From Candidatus Micrarchaeia archaeon (lineage in GTDB: Archaea; Micrarchaeota; Micrarchaeia; CABMEP01): DNA of 64,000 bases. The notes below the pieces were generated by a model. That model was not told the DNA's origin, made no database searches, and saw only the letters and a program-made list of their open reading frames with translations. Positions 19,862 through 29,805 of this stretch are shown here, in pieces (the stretch's first letter is position 1; each line of letters begins with the position of its first letter). Location: contig JAVZPM010000001.1 of NCBI GenBank assembly GCA_038881595.1, positions 211,562 through 275,561 of the forward strand. The letters run 5' to 3'. Both the position numbers and the translations under genes were made by a program.

Positions 19862-20560
19862 TTACATGAATCCTAATGATTCAATGATTCTTTGTTGCTC
19901 AAATGCAGTAGTAGCTTCTCCAAAGATTACAGAATGATTATTTCCAACAAGGCATAGAGATACAAATGGAACTCCACCATTTGCAGTGCTTACTCCACCT
20001 TTTATTTCTAGGAAATTTTCTATCATATCTAATTCATTATTATTAAGGTTAGGATGGGCTACAAACCCATTATCATTTGCAAAGACTACACTTCCAATAA
20101 CATTAAACTTTTCTAATTGCAATGATTCAACTTCCACATCTAGTACATCTCTTATTGTTTTTACTAGATTTTTATCTTTCATTTTTGGATTGATTATGCA
20201 TTTTTTATTATTTACAACTAAATTGTTAGATATTGCGGTGAATTCAGTATCTAGTATTTCAACATTTATATCAATTCCGGTTTCTTTAATTTTTCTTTTT
20301 ACTAAATTTAATTCTTCTTCAAGAATAACTTTCGAAAATAATATTCCTTTATCATTCATTACGGAATAAAGTCCAGTTAAAGGACTTCCAAATATATTCA
20401 CACTAATATCTACAGTTCCGAGTATTTCGCATACTCTTGAGAATTTTTCTGGTTTATTTATTGGCATTAAGGTAATTTTTGAATTACTCTTCATAAATAG
20501 GCCAATATATGGGTTTCCATAGAAGCCTATTTTTTGCAGTTTACTTACCATTTTTCTCAC
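19862..20560 (-). CDS. eif6: translation initiation factor aIF6
   Basis: GNPYIGLF, ISNNLVVN, GSVVFANDNGFVAHP and STANGGVPFV motifs. Confidence 0.92.
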   Translation of the reverse strand: MRKMVSKLQKIGFYGNPYIGLFMKSNSKITLMPINKPEKFSRVCEILGTVDISVNIFGSPLTGLYSVMNDKGILFSKVILEEELNLVKRKIKETGIDINVEILDTEFTAISNNLVVNNKKCIINPKMKDKNLVKTIRDVLDVEVESLQLEKFNVIGSVVFANDNGFVAHPNLNNNELDMIENFLEIKGGVSTANGGVPFVSLCLVGNNHSVIFGEATTAFEQQRIIESLGFM

Positions 20561-20563
20561 AAC

Positions 20564-20881
20564 TTATTCTTTCTTTTTTTCTTCTTCCTTTGGTTCTTTT
20601 TTATCTTTCTTTTCTTCCTTTACTTCATTTTGTGGGAGTGTTACTAAAACTATTCCTGTTTTTTCATCCTTTGTTATTTTTACTTTAATTCTTTTTAGTG
20701 GAAATCTACTTCCATTTTTATATATCTCTTTTGTGACTGCATTATCGATTTTAACATCAAAGTAATTTGCCTTAGCATGTCTTGCTGTTAATTCTCTAAG
20801 TAGCTTAATTACAACCTGTCTTCTTTTTGTTCTTGGCTTTTCATAAGCCTTCTTCAAATTTAAAATCATTAATTTTTCCAT
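20564..20881 (-). CDS. rpl31e: 50S ribosomal protein L31e
   Basis: LNLKKAYEKPRTKRR...RHAK...VKID...IYKNGSRFP..RIKVK. Confidence 0.88.
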   Translation of the reverse strand: MEKLMILNLKKAYEKPRTKRRQVVIKLLRELTARHAKANYFDVKIDNAVTKEIYKNGSRFPLKRIKVKITKDEKTGIVLVTLPQNEVKEEKKDKKEPKEEEKKKE

Positions 20882-20889
20882 ACGATCAC

Positions 20890-21057
20890 CTACTCTTTCT
20901 CTCTCGCTCTAAGTTTTTGACTTCTCCAATGTCTTCTTGATGGAGTTGTATTTACTCTTCTTCCAGTTTTCAACCTAACAAAGATTGGAACAGGTCTTGC
21001 TGATTTAGCTGCACTGACCAATCTCTTTTTCTTTTGAGCAGATTTTTTGCTTCCCAT
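20890..21057 (-). CDS. rpl39e: 50S ribosomal protein L39e
   Basis: Manual translation MGSKKSAQKKKRLVSAAKSARPVPIFVRLKTGRRVNTTPSRRHWRSQKLRAREKE*; below the ORF-track size cutoff. Confidence 0.93.
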   Translation of the reverse strand: MGSKKSAQKKKRLVSAAKSARPVPIFVRLKTGRRVNTTPSRRHWRSQKLRAREKE

Positions 21058-21058
21058 A

Positions 21059-21331
21059 TTATTTCCTCCTTATATGAATTTTAGTTTCTGGCTGTTTTGA
21101 AACAGCCAAATTCATGTTTAGTATCGTTAATAATTCCTTTTCAGTTATTCTTCTTCTTACTTTTTGGTAATAATGAATTAACGCATTAGCAACTTTTAGA
21201 TAAAGTTCTGGATTAGAAAGTCTTACATTCATGAGGCGAGTATAAGCATTATCTTCCAAAATAACACTTAATGTCTTTTTTAGCTGGAGTTCAGCTTGCT
21301 GAGCAGCCAGAATTTTATCCTCTTCCTCCAA
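21059..21331 (-). CDS. PDCD5-like dsDNA-binding protein
   Basis: ILEDNAYTRLMNVRLSNPE...ITEKELLTIL...IHIRRK; conserved position between rps19e and rpl39e. Confidence 0.88.
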   Translation of the reverse strand: MEEEDKILAAQQAELQLKKTLSVILEDNAYTRLMNVRLSNPELYLKVANALIHYYQKVRRRITEKELLTILNMNLAVSKQPETKIHIRRK

Positions 21332-21343
21332 GATCTCACCTTC

Positions 21344-21760
21344 TTACTTTCTTGAAATTTCTTTCGCTACGCTATTAAGAAGAGAGATCCCTTTATTTGA
21401 AATATGTCTTCCTTTTTTATCCTTAGTTATTAGATTTGCTTTTTCAAGTTGTTGCAATGCTTTTCTGATAATAGAACCACCAGCTTTAGTAGTATGCATT
21501 CTTCCGCTTTTACTTCCAGGCTTTCCTCCAAATCTTTCTCTAAGAGTATTGACACCCATCGGACCTTCAATATAAAGCGCTCTCAATATAGCTGCGCATC
21601 TTACATACCAGAAGTCTTCATCTTGTGGGACTCTTTCTCTGTGTGGTCCTGTTTTAACATATATTATCCATTCAGGTGGAGAAACCATTCCATCTTCTTT
21701 AAGTTTTTGAGCAACTCCTTTTATAAGTTTATTTGGCTCTACATCAAATACAGTAATCAT
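21344..21760 (-). CDS. rps19e: 30S ribosomal protein S19e
   Basis: MITVFDV...PPEWIIYVKTG..RER.P...FWYVRCAAILR...GSIIRKALQQLE. Confidence 0.96.
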   Translation of the reverse strand: MITVFDVEPNKLIKGVAQKLKEDGMVSPPEWIIYVKTGPHRERVPQDEDFWYVRCAAILRALYIEGPMGVNTLRERFGGKPGSKSGRMHTTKAGGSIIRKALQQLEKANLITKDKKGRHISNKGISLLNSVAKEISRK

Positions 21761-21761
21761 T

Positions 21762-22061
21762 TCAATCCCTCTTTTTAGCATACCCAAAGCGCCGCACTGA
21801 TCCGCATGAGCACACATATTCAACGGATTTGCTTCGCTTGTTTAATTTTATTTTAACATTATATCCTGGAATCCATATTATATTACATATCTTGCATATT
21901 CTTTTTTTAAATCTTTTCGGAATAGCGACTCTGTATCTTGAAGAGAGTTTCCTTGCAAGAGATACATATCTTTTAGTTCTTTCTTGTTTTGTCTTTGCGT
22001 ATTTTTCTGCAAGTCCAAGAAGCCATTCTATTCTCTCAAGAACCAGCTTCTCTTTATTCAT
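21762..22061 (-). CDS. rnp4: RNase P protein component 4 (Rpp21)
   Basis: ERIEWL...RYVSLARKLS.RYR...KRICKIC...PG...CSCG..RRF. Confidence 0.92.
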   Translation of the reverse strand: MNKEKLVLERIEWLLGLAEKYAKTKQERTKRYVSLARKLSSRYRVAIPKRFKKRICKICNIIWIPGYNVKIKLNKRSKSVEYVCSCGSVRRFGYAKKRD

Positions 22062-22076
22062 TTTGAAACCTTTAAA

Positions 22077-22187
22077 TGGGCCGGCGGAGATTTGAACTCC
22101 GGACCTACAGTTATCCTAAACCAGTTCTGAATATATCAGAACGCGCCATATAAGACTGTCGCTCTGACCTGGCTGAGCTACCGGCCC
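22077..22187 (-). tRNA. tRNA-Ile(UAU) with a 36-nt canonical intron (22113-22148)
   Basis: GGGCCGG/CCGGCCC acceptor stem; ACAGT-CT-TAT-A|intron|A-ACTGT; BHB with CTTA/TAGG helix and TA|T, AT|A bulges; 75-nt mature tRNA. Confidence 0.88.
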
Positions 22188-22279
22188 TTATTATCTAGAC
22201 ACGAAATACTGTAGAATAGCAGAATTAATATTATATTATAAAATATATAATTCTTTCTGTGACTATGGAGATAGAAGTA

Positions 22280-22723
22280 CTATTCACAACCAATACAATG
22301 TTCACAACCATGGCATTGCATTGATGTATATGAGTCAACAGCATCTTTAAGTATTTCATTATGATCGAATCCGAGTTTTGGTACTTTATCTAAATCAAAC
22401 CATTTTACTTCTTTAACTTCTTCATTTTCAGTCAAATTAATAGTATTATCTTTTGGAAATGCTAGAAATGCTATGCTTATAGTATGTCTTTTATCTCTTT
22501 TGGGGTTTGAATATACACCAATTATACCTAACAATTCAACATCAACTCCAGTTTCTTCTTTAATTTCTCTTATTGCTGCATGTTCAATATCTTCATTAAT
22601 TTCTACAAACCCCCCAGGTAAACACCATTTTCCTATAAAAGGAGATTTTTTTCTTTTTATAAGAAGTACTTTATTATCATGGATTACTACAACATCAACA
22701 GCAGTAGGTCTATATTCTTTCAT
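22280..22723 (-). CDS. NUDIX hydrolase
   Basis: Nudix box GGFVEINEDIEHAAIREIKEETG; C-terminal CHGCEHCIGC. Confidence 0.93.
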   Translation of the reverse strand: MKEYRPTAVDVVVIHDNKVLLIKRKKSPFIGKWCLPGGFVEINEDIEHAAIREIKEETGVDVELLGIIGVYSNPKRDKRHTISIAFLAFPKDNTINLTENEEVKEVKWFDLDKVPKLGFDHNEILKDAVDSYTSMQCHGCEHCIGCE

Positions 22724-22741
22724 TTTATCACCGTTTCGAAT

Positions 22742-23428
22742 TTACTGTTCTCCTTTTTCTATTCCATCACATTCCTGTTTATAAGGACAGAAATTACACA
22801 TCCATCTTTTCTTTATATCTAATTTAGCCTCTGGTTCTGGAATTTCATTGTTCTTAACAGAATAATGCAATTTTTTGAATCTTGCAATTATCTTATCTGC
22901 AATAGTGGGGTCGTATTCTAAGAAAAACGCTTTACTCTTTAATGTATTCTTCTCTATATACAGTATCGCACCGTTTTTTACGCCAGTTACATGCATATAG
23001 AATTGTAGTTGCATTACATATGATTCTGAAGGTTCTTTAAGTGTATCTAATGATTTTGTTGATTTAACCTCTACAAGAACTTTTTCACCATTATGCTCTA
23101 ATTGTATAAGATCATCAATTCTACCAATTACTTCAAATTCATCTATTTTATATTTCAAAGGTAATTCACTTTCTATAAGTTTTACTTCAGGGTTTTTTTC
23201 ACTTTTTAAAACTTCTACTATGAATGCATGAAAAAGATTTCCTGCCTCAAATACTTTAGTAACTTCTGGTTCTACTGGTTTTGGTATTTTAATGTTAAAC
23301 CAAGACTTTCTTAAACACTGACCGATTTCGGAAGGGTAGTATCTATTTTCTATTCTTTGTTTGACTTCCCTATGCAGATATCTATCTATAAATTTGTCAA
23401 AATCTATGTATTCCACCATATAGCTCAC
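22742..23428 (-). CDS. solo Cas4-like PD-(D/E)XK nuclease
   Basis: YPSEIGQC, GRIDD, VEVKS, QLQFY and C-terminal CNFCPYKQEC (Fe-S Cys pattern). Confidence 0.85.
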   Translation of the reverse strand: MSYMVEYIDFDKFIDRYLHREVKQRIENRYYPSEIGQCLRKSWFNIKIPKPVEPEVTKVFEAGNLFHAFIVEVLKSEKNPEVKLIESELPLKYKIDEFEVIGRIDDLIQLEHNGEKVLVEVKSTKSLDTLKEPSESYVMQLQFYMHVTGVKNGAILYIEKNTLKSKAFFLEYDPTIADKIIARFKKLHYSVKNNEIPEPEAKLDIKKRWMCNFCPYKQECDGIEKGEQ

Positions 23429-23562
23429 TTATTATTTCTAACTTATCTTTATATTTGTTCCTAAAGTTAATTTCATGTGACTATCTAAGGCTAAAAAGCG
23501 AATATTTTTATTTATTATTTCATATTATTTTATTACTATTTAATTTTCTATTCTTTTAAAAT

Positions 23563-23637
23563 GGGCCCGTAGCTCAGTTTGGCCAGAGCGTTCGGCTCTT
23601 AACCGAAAAGTCGTGGGTTCAAATCCCACCGGGCCCG
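23563..23637 (+). tRNA. tRNA-Lys(CUU)
   Basis: GGGCCCG stem, TTCGG-CT-CTT-AA-CCGAA anticodon arm, no intron. Confidence 0.95.
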
Positions 23638-23648
23638 CTTCTAAATAA

Positions 23649-24606
<958 letters not shown>

Positions 24607-24637
24607 TAATAAAATACCTTTTTTTGTTATCTATTTA

Positions 24638-25351
24638 ATGGGATCTTTAGCAGTTAAAGAGGAAGAGGAAAGAGAAAAGAAAAGAAGAGAGGAAGAGAAA
24701 AAGAAAAAAGAGCAGCAATCAAAGGAAGAACTACACCATAAGACAGAAGCAAAGAAGGAAGCAATTACTAAAGGAGAGATGAAAGAAATGTCTTTCGGAG
24801 AGGCAAAACCTATTGTTGAAGTAGGGTACATGAAAGTACATATAAAAGGAACGCTTGCCTCTGAAAAATATGAACCGGTTATAAAGGAGTCGCTTGCGGT
24901 AAAGCTGATAGAAGAAGAAAGGAAAAAAGAGATTGAGAAAGAAAAGGAGAGGATTACAGAAGAGATACAAAAAGCAGAAGAAAAAATCAGAAGAGAGGAA
25001 GAGGCAATAAAACAGATAAGGGAAGAAATAACTAAAATGGGAGAAAAGGAAATCAAAGAGAAAGAAGCAAAGATTAAAGAAAAGTTAGAGAAAGAAAAGG
25101 CACAAGAAAGGATAAGGAAGGAAAAGGAGCAGATAAAGAAACTTCTCGATGATGCAAGGAAGAAAGGAATGCTAGAACCCATAAAAGATATTGCAAGGGA
25201 ATTACTAGAAAGAGAGATAAGAAGAGGAACTCCTCCAAGGAGGGCATTGCAAACGGTGATGGTAATACTGAAGAGATTGGATCTTGTTAAGACAAAGAAG
25301 GAGAAGAAATCAATATTCGGTTTTCTTAAATCATTATTAAAGAAAAAATAA
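24638..25351 (+). CDS. highly charged coiled-coil protein
   Basis: E/K/R-rich ORF; likely start MGSLAVKE at 24638, after the pseudogene end. Confidence 0.65.
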   Translation: MGSLAVKEEEEREKKRREEEKKKKEQQSKEELHHKTEAKKEAITKGEMKEMSFGEAKPIVEVGYMKVHIKGTLASEKYEPVIKESLAVKLIEEERKKEIEKEKERITEEIQKAEEKIRREEEAIKQIREEITKMGEKEIKEKEAKIKEKLEKEKAQERIRKEKEQIKKLLDDARKKGMLEPIKDIARELLEREIRRGTPPRRALQTVMVILKRLDLVKTKKEKKSIFGFLKSLLKKK

Positions 25352-25398
25352 TTTGAGCCAAATTATATTGGATAGTTAATTCAAATCAAAATAATAAG

Positions 25399-26163
25399 TT
25401 GACCGGTGTTTTTATGTCTTCTCATTCAAAAAAGTTAAAGATCATAGAAATGTACAATAAATTACTTTCAGATTACGGTAGACAAGGCTGGTGGCCAATA
25501 AAATCATTAGCAGGAAAAAAAGGTTTCGATGAAAGAGGATATCATAAAGGTATTTTCACTTATCCTAAAACAAGAGAACAAAGGTTTGAAATAGTCATAG
25601 GAGCAATATTAACTCAAAACACAAATTGGAAAAATGTTGAAAAAGCATTGGAAAATTTATTTTCTTTTAATTTAATATCTCCTGAAGCAATATTAAGTGC
25701 AGATGAGAAAGAGCTAGCTGAAAAGATTCGTTCAGCAGGTTATTTCAATCAAAAGGCAAAAAAATTGAAGTATATCTCTTTATGGTTTATAGAAAATGAT
25801 AACAAACTTAAGAAGCTTAATAGAGTATTATTCAATTCAAAAAAAGAGGCAATCAAAATTCTTGAAGCACGAAAGAATCTTCTTGATGTACACGGTGTGG
25901 GTTTTGAAACTGCAGATTCTATTCTTTTATATGCTTATAATCTACCTATATTTGTGGTAGATACATATACAAAAAGACTTTTCAGAAAAGCAGGTTTGCT
26001 GTCAGCTAAGAATATGTCACATGAAAAAGAGTATCAAATTATTCAAGATATGGTTCATTCAACATTTTCAGATTTATCAAATGCAGATAAATTTAAAATT
26101 TTCAATGAGTTTCACGCTTTGATTGTAGAATGGGGTAAAAATAATTCAAAAAACAGTTTCTAA
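25399..26163 (+). CDS. HhH-GPD endonuclease III-related DNA glycosylase (no Fe-S motif)
   Basis: FEIVIGAILTQNTNWKNVEKAL, GVGFETADSILLYA, VVDTYTKR and EFHALIV motifs. Confidence 0.9.
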   Translation: MTGVFMSSHSKKLKIIEMYNKLLSDYGRQGWWPIKSLAGKKGFDERGYHKGIFTYPKTREQRFEIVIGAILTQNTNWKNVEKALENLFSFNLISPEAILSADEKELAEKIRSAGYFNQKAKKLKYISLWFIENDNKLKKLNRVLFNSKKEAIKILEARKNLLDVHGVGFETADSILLYAYNLPIFVVDTYTKRLFRKAGLLSAKNMSHEKEYQIIQDMVHSTFSDLSNADKFKIFNEFHALIVEWGKNNSKNSF

Positions 26164-26306
26164 TTCAGATATAAAAAGAAACCTTTTTATATATGCTTAA
26201 AAATTTAGAAAAGAATTTAAATAACAAAACACATTATATATGAGGCATAATAAAACTAATGATTAAAAATAAGCAATATAGGATGCACCCAGTGAGGCTA
26301 GATTGA

Positions 26307-27176
26307 ATGAAAACTGATATTAAAGATATAAAAGAAGAGGCATTAAAAAGTCAAATAAGACTTGAAACAGAACTTCTTTATAATCCACTAGTTACTGATT
26401 ATCTAAAAACTAATTTTGGTGAAAACTCGATCAAAGTAATTTCCGCTGCTCTGGAAGAAATGACAGATGACGCAATAGCAGCAAGATGCAAGCTTAAAGT
26501 CGCAGAAGTAAGAGCAATACTAAATAAGCTTTACAACTACAAAATGGCAGAGTATAAAAGAATAAAGGACAGAGATACTGGCTGGTTTTCATATATATGG
26601 AAGATAGACGTATCTAATATTCTCAATATAATAAAGGAGCAAACAATAAATAGAATAGAGGAGCTAGATAAAACAGTAGAAAAAATGAATACAGAATTTG
26701 TATACTACTGTCCACAATGCTCAAAAACAAATCTAATAAGTTTTGATCTTGCAGCTGATTTGATGTTTAGATGTCCAAATTGTGAAAATAAACTATTGGA
26801 AAAAGAAAGAGATTCAAAAGATAAGTATGAAAAAGAGCTTATTGAATTAAAATCTAAACACATTTCTTTACTTGAGGATATAAGAAAGTTCGAAGAACTT
26901 AAACGTCAAGAAGAAATTAGAATAAAGGAGCTCCAGGAGAAGATGGCGGAGATGACAAAGATAGAAGAATTATCTAAATCTAAATCAAAGATTAAAAGAG
27001 TAGTAAGTAATAAGATAATTAAGAAGTCAAATAGGAAGTTAAATAATAATTTAAACAAAAAGTCATCTATTAAAGTTAAGCATATGAAATCTAAGGAAGT
27101 ATCAAGAGGCAAAGAAGCAATTATTAAAAAGAAATCATCAAAACCTGCAAAATCAAAAGGTAAGAAAAAGAGATAA
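26307..27176 (+). CDS. tfe: transcription factor E alpha with a long Lys-rich C-terminal tail
   Basis: TDDAIA...VRAILNKLY...RDRDTGWFSYIW winged helix; CPQC...FRCPNC Zn ribbon. Confidence 0.9.
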   Translation: MKTDIKDIKEEALKSQIRLETELLYNPLVTDYLKTNFGENSIKVISAALEEMTDDAIAARCKLKVAEVRAILNKLYNYKMAEYKRIKDRDTGWFSYIWKIDVSNILNIIKEQTINRIEELDKTVEKMNTEFVYYCPQCSKTNLISFDLAADLMFRCPNCENKLLEKERDSKDKYEKELIELKSKHISLLEDIRKFEELKRQEEIRIKELQEKMAEMTKIEELSKSKSKIKRVVSNKIIKKSNRKLNNNLNKKSSIKVKHMKSKEVSRGKEAIIKKKSSKPAKSKGKKKR

Positions 27177-27318
27177 CCTTAATGATTTAAATATTTTCTT
27201 ATATGATATTTATTCAGTTATATAATTCACAATATACTAAAGTTATTCGATTGTATAATTTTATTTGATGATTTTATTCTATTAAATTTAATTTATACTT
27301 TATGTTACAGGTGAATAT

Positions 27319-27507
27319 ATGGATTATTCTGAATTTACTAAGTTTGAAATTGCAAGATTAATCGGTGCAAGAGCTCTTCAGTTATCAATGGGAGCACCAC
27401 CAATGATAGAATTGCCGAATAATACGTTTGAACCTTCTGCTATTGCAAAGCTTGAATTTGAAAAGGGTGTAATTCCCCTTACAGTTTATAGGCCAAATAA
27501 AGGCTGA
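27319..27507 (+). CDS. rpoK: RNA polymerase subunit Rpo6 (K)
   Basis: TKFEIARLIGARALQLSMGAP. Confidence 0.96.
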   Translation: MDYSEFTKFEIARLIGARALQLSMGAPPMIELPNNTFEPSAIAKLEFEKGVIPLTVYRPNKG

Positions 27508-27535
27508 TTTCTATAATATTTAAAGGTGTTTAAAA

Positions 27536-28081
27536 ATGTTGGAATTGATATTTGGTTTAATAGTGCTTATAGTAATTATTGCTGTTTTAATATATAATAA
27601 CCTAATTGTACTAAGAAACAATGTTGAAAATGCATGGGCACAGATTGATGTGCAATTAAAGAGAAGAGCAGATCTTATTCCTAATTTAGTAAATACAGTG
27701 AAAGGATATATGAAACATGAGAGAGAAACTCTTGAAAATATAACAAAAGCAAGAGCCGCATTAATGTCTGCAAAAACACCACGAGAGGCAGCGCAAGCAG
27801 ATAATATGCTCTCAAGCGCGCTTAAGTCCTTATTTGCAGTTGCAGAGAATTATCCAAATCTAAGGGCAAGTGAAAACTTCCTTAGATTACAAGAAGATCT
27901 TTCAGACACAGAAAACAAAGTAGCATATTCTAGGCAGTTGTATAATGATAACGTTCTCTTATACAACAGAACAATTCAAACAATTCCAAACAACATCATA
28001 GCTAGAATTTTCGGTTTCAAAGAAAAGGAATATTTCAAAGCCGAAGAAGAAGCAAAGAAAGCACCAGAAGTCAAATTTTGA
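27536..28081 (+). CDS. lemA: LemA family protein
   Basis: [29 protein letters not shown] and ENYPNLRA motifs. Confidence 0.95.
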   Translation: MLELIFGLIVLIVIIAVLIYNNLIVLRNNVENAWAQIDVQLKRRADLIPNLVNTVKGYMKHERETLENITKARAALMSAKTPREAAQADNMLSSALKSLFAVAENYPNLRASENFLRLQEDLSDTENKVAYSRQLYNDNVLLYNRTIQTIPNNIIARIFGFKEKEYFKAEEEAKKAPEVKF

Positions 28082-28183
28082 TTTAAGTTAATTCTGATTT
28101 TTTATTTTTAGTTTTCTACTTATTTTATATTTAATTTTTAGGAACATTTTTTATGTATACTCTTAACTTAACTATTATATTTT

Positions 28184-29113
28184 TTATATTGTTTCAGTCA
28201 GGATAAATATCCCACTATTTCTTCCAACTAAATTTTCTACTTCAATAGAAGCATTAAGTGATTCCCTTGGTGTTTTATATATTCCAAAAACTGCACCGCC
28301 AGAACCAGATAATAATGCGCATTCAGCTCCAGCTTCCTTAAAACATCTCTTTACTTTCTCAAGAATTGGATACATCTTGAATACCACAATTTCAAAATCG
28401 TTATATGCAAGGTCCCCTATTCCATTCCAATTTCCTTTTATCAGCTCTTTCTTCATCAGACACAATCTTGCCATTAAAGCCTTGTCGTAATTAGGGCCTA
28501 TTTTCTCTTTTTCTTTATCTATCATATTATAAAGTGTTCCAGTTTTAGAAGGATATTCTGCCATATATCCATGAGGTATGTATATTGATACATATCTCTT
28601 AGGAAGAAAGTATTTTTCTATTATCTTGTCTCCGTATCTTTCAGCATAAGTTGCATTTCTATACATTCCCTGTGGAACATCGGCACCTATTTCTGCACCT
28701 ATCTCCAACATTTCCTCTTCATTAAGTCCTAACTTAAATCTTTCATTAATAAATTTGATTACAGGAACTGCATCAACCGCGCTTCCACCCAAACCACTTG
28801 CGATAGGAATCTTTTTTTCTATATGTATTTGATAGTTGATTTGATCTATCTTTAATTTTGTTTTTTCGCAGATTTTAATTATTGCTTTGTAAACGCTGTT
28901 TTTTTCATTAAGCGGTATTTTTTCATTGCTTGTAAGTTTAATTCCTTTGTCTTTTGTTTCTTTTATTATCACTTCATCAAATAAATCTAGAGGCTGGAAA
29001 ACAGTTTTCAATAAATGATATCCTTTTTCATCTTTTTTCCCTACTTGTAAGAAAAGATTTATTTTTGCATGAGCTTTCAATGTAACCATATCTCTATCTA
29101 ATTGCATTGTCAT
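28184..29113 (-). CDS. ispE: IspE-like GHMP kinase (4-diphosphocytidyl-2-C-methyl-D-erythritol kinase family)
   Basis: AKINLFLQV...GYHLLKTVFQ, KKIPIASGLGG, IGADVP, NDFE and LSGSGGAVFG motifs. Confidence 0.8.
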   Translation of the reverse strand: MTMQLDRDMVTLKAHAKINLFLQVGKKDEKGYHLLKTVFQPLDLFDEVIIKETKDKGIKLTSNEKIPLNEKNSVYKAIIKICEKTKLKIDQINYQIHIEKKIPIASGLGGSAVDAVPVIKFINERFKLGLNEEEMLEIGAEIGADVPQGMYRNATYAERYGDKIIEKYFLPKRYVSIYIPHGYMAEYPSKTGTLYNMIDKEKEKIGPNYDKALMARLCLMKKELIKGNWNGIGDLAYNDFEIVVFKMYPILEKVKRCFKEAGAECALLSGSGGAVFGIYKTPRESLNASIEVENLVGRNSGIFILTETI

Positions 29114-29130
29114 TTTATCACTTTATTAGA

Positions 29131-29805
29131 TCATTCCTCTATTTTCTCATCAAATGGACCTAAAACAAATTTCTTTTTGGCAACCTGCTTTTTTTCTTTC
29201 ATTTCTTTTTCTCTTGATAATCTCTTTAGAGTTTCAAATGAATTTTTCAATTCATTTATCTCGTTTTTTAAGTTTTTTACTTCCTCTGTAAGCAGTGATA
29301 CAGGATCCACTTTCTTTTCTTTGTTAGCATCAATGTTTAGTTTTATTTCTTTTGCTATTTCTTCTGCATTTAATATGCCAGGTAAGTAAAACGTTTCATT
29401 TCCATGTATTTTGAGTACACTTATCTTAAATAGCTTATCTACCGCTGCTAAGTTATCCTCATCACAATGTGCATCTTTTAGTTCTGTATATGGGATGAAT
29501 CTTTCTTTTGTAAATATTATTCCATCTGTTATTTTAATGCCTTTCTCCTCTAAAATTATTCTTTTTCTTTTTACGATAAATGTATAAAATAGAAAAGCAC
29601 CCATTCCAGCTATTACAAAAGTGATTATAAATAAAGTGAGAATAACTATAGAATTAGTTTGTCCCTTTGATAGCTCTATATTTAGATTAATAGATTCGAG
29701 TAAAGAAAGAACTAAATATACTACTCCCCAAAAAACAGTCAAAACAACAAGAACTTTAGTTAAAAGCGAAAATAAATATTCTTTTGAAGTATTTATTTCT
29801 TTCAT
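29131..29805 (-). CDS. membrane protein with a bacterial PH-like (bPH_2) domain and coiled coil
   Basis: Two TM helices, then GIKITDGIIFTKERFIPY..., then a C-terminal coiled coil. Confidence 0.65.
   Translation of the reverse strand: MKEINTSKEYLFSLLTKVLVVLTVFWGVVYLVLSLLESINLNIELSKGQTNSIVILTLFIITFVIAGMGAFLFYTFIVKRKRIILEEKGIKITDGIIFTKERFIPYTELKDAHCDEDNLAAVDKLFKISVLKIHGNETFYLPGILNAEEIAKEIKLNIDANKEKKVDPVSLLTEEVKNLKNEINELKNSFETLKRLSREKEMKEKKQVAKKKFVLGPFDEKIEE

Noticed and set aside
22100..22160. Alternative splicing of the tRNA-Ile to a GAU anticodon using the GAT at the intron end
   Set aside because: This would give a 6-nt anticodon loop and lacks BHB geometry; the UAU product fits the canonical 37/38 site.
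22742..23560. CRISPR-Cas locus suggested by the Cas4-like gene
   Set aside because: No repeat-spacer array and no cas1/cas2 or effector genes seen in the window.
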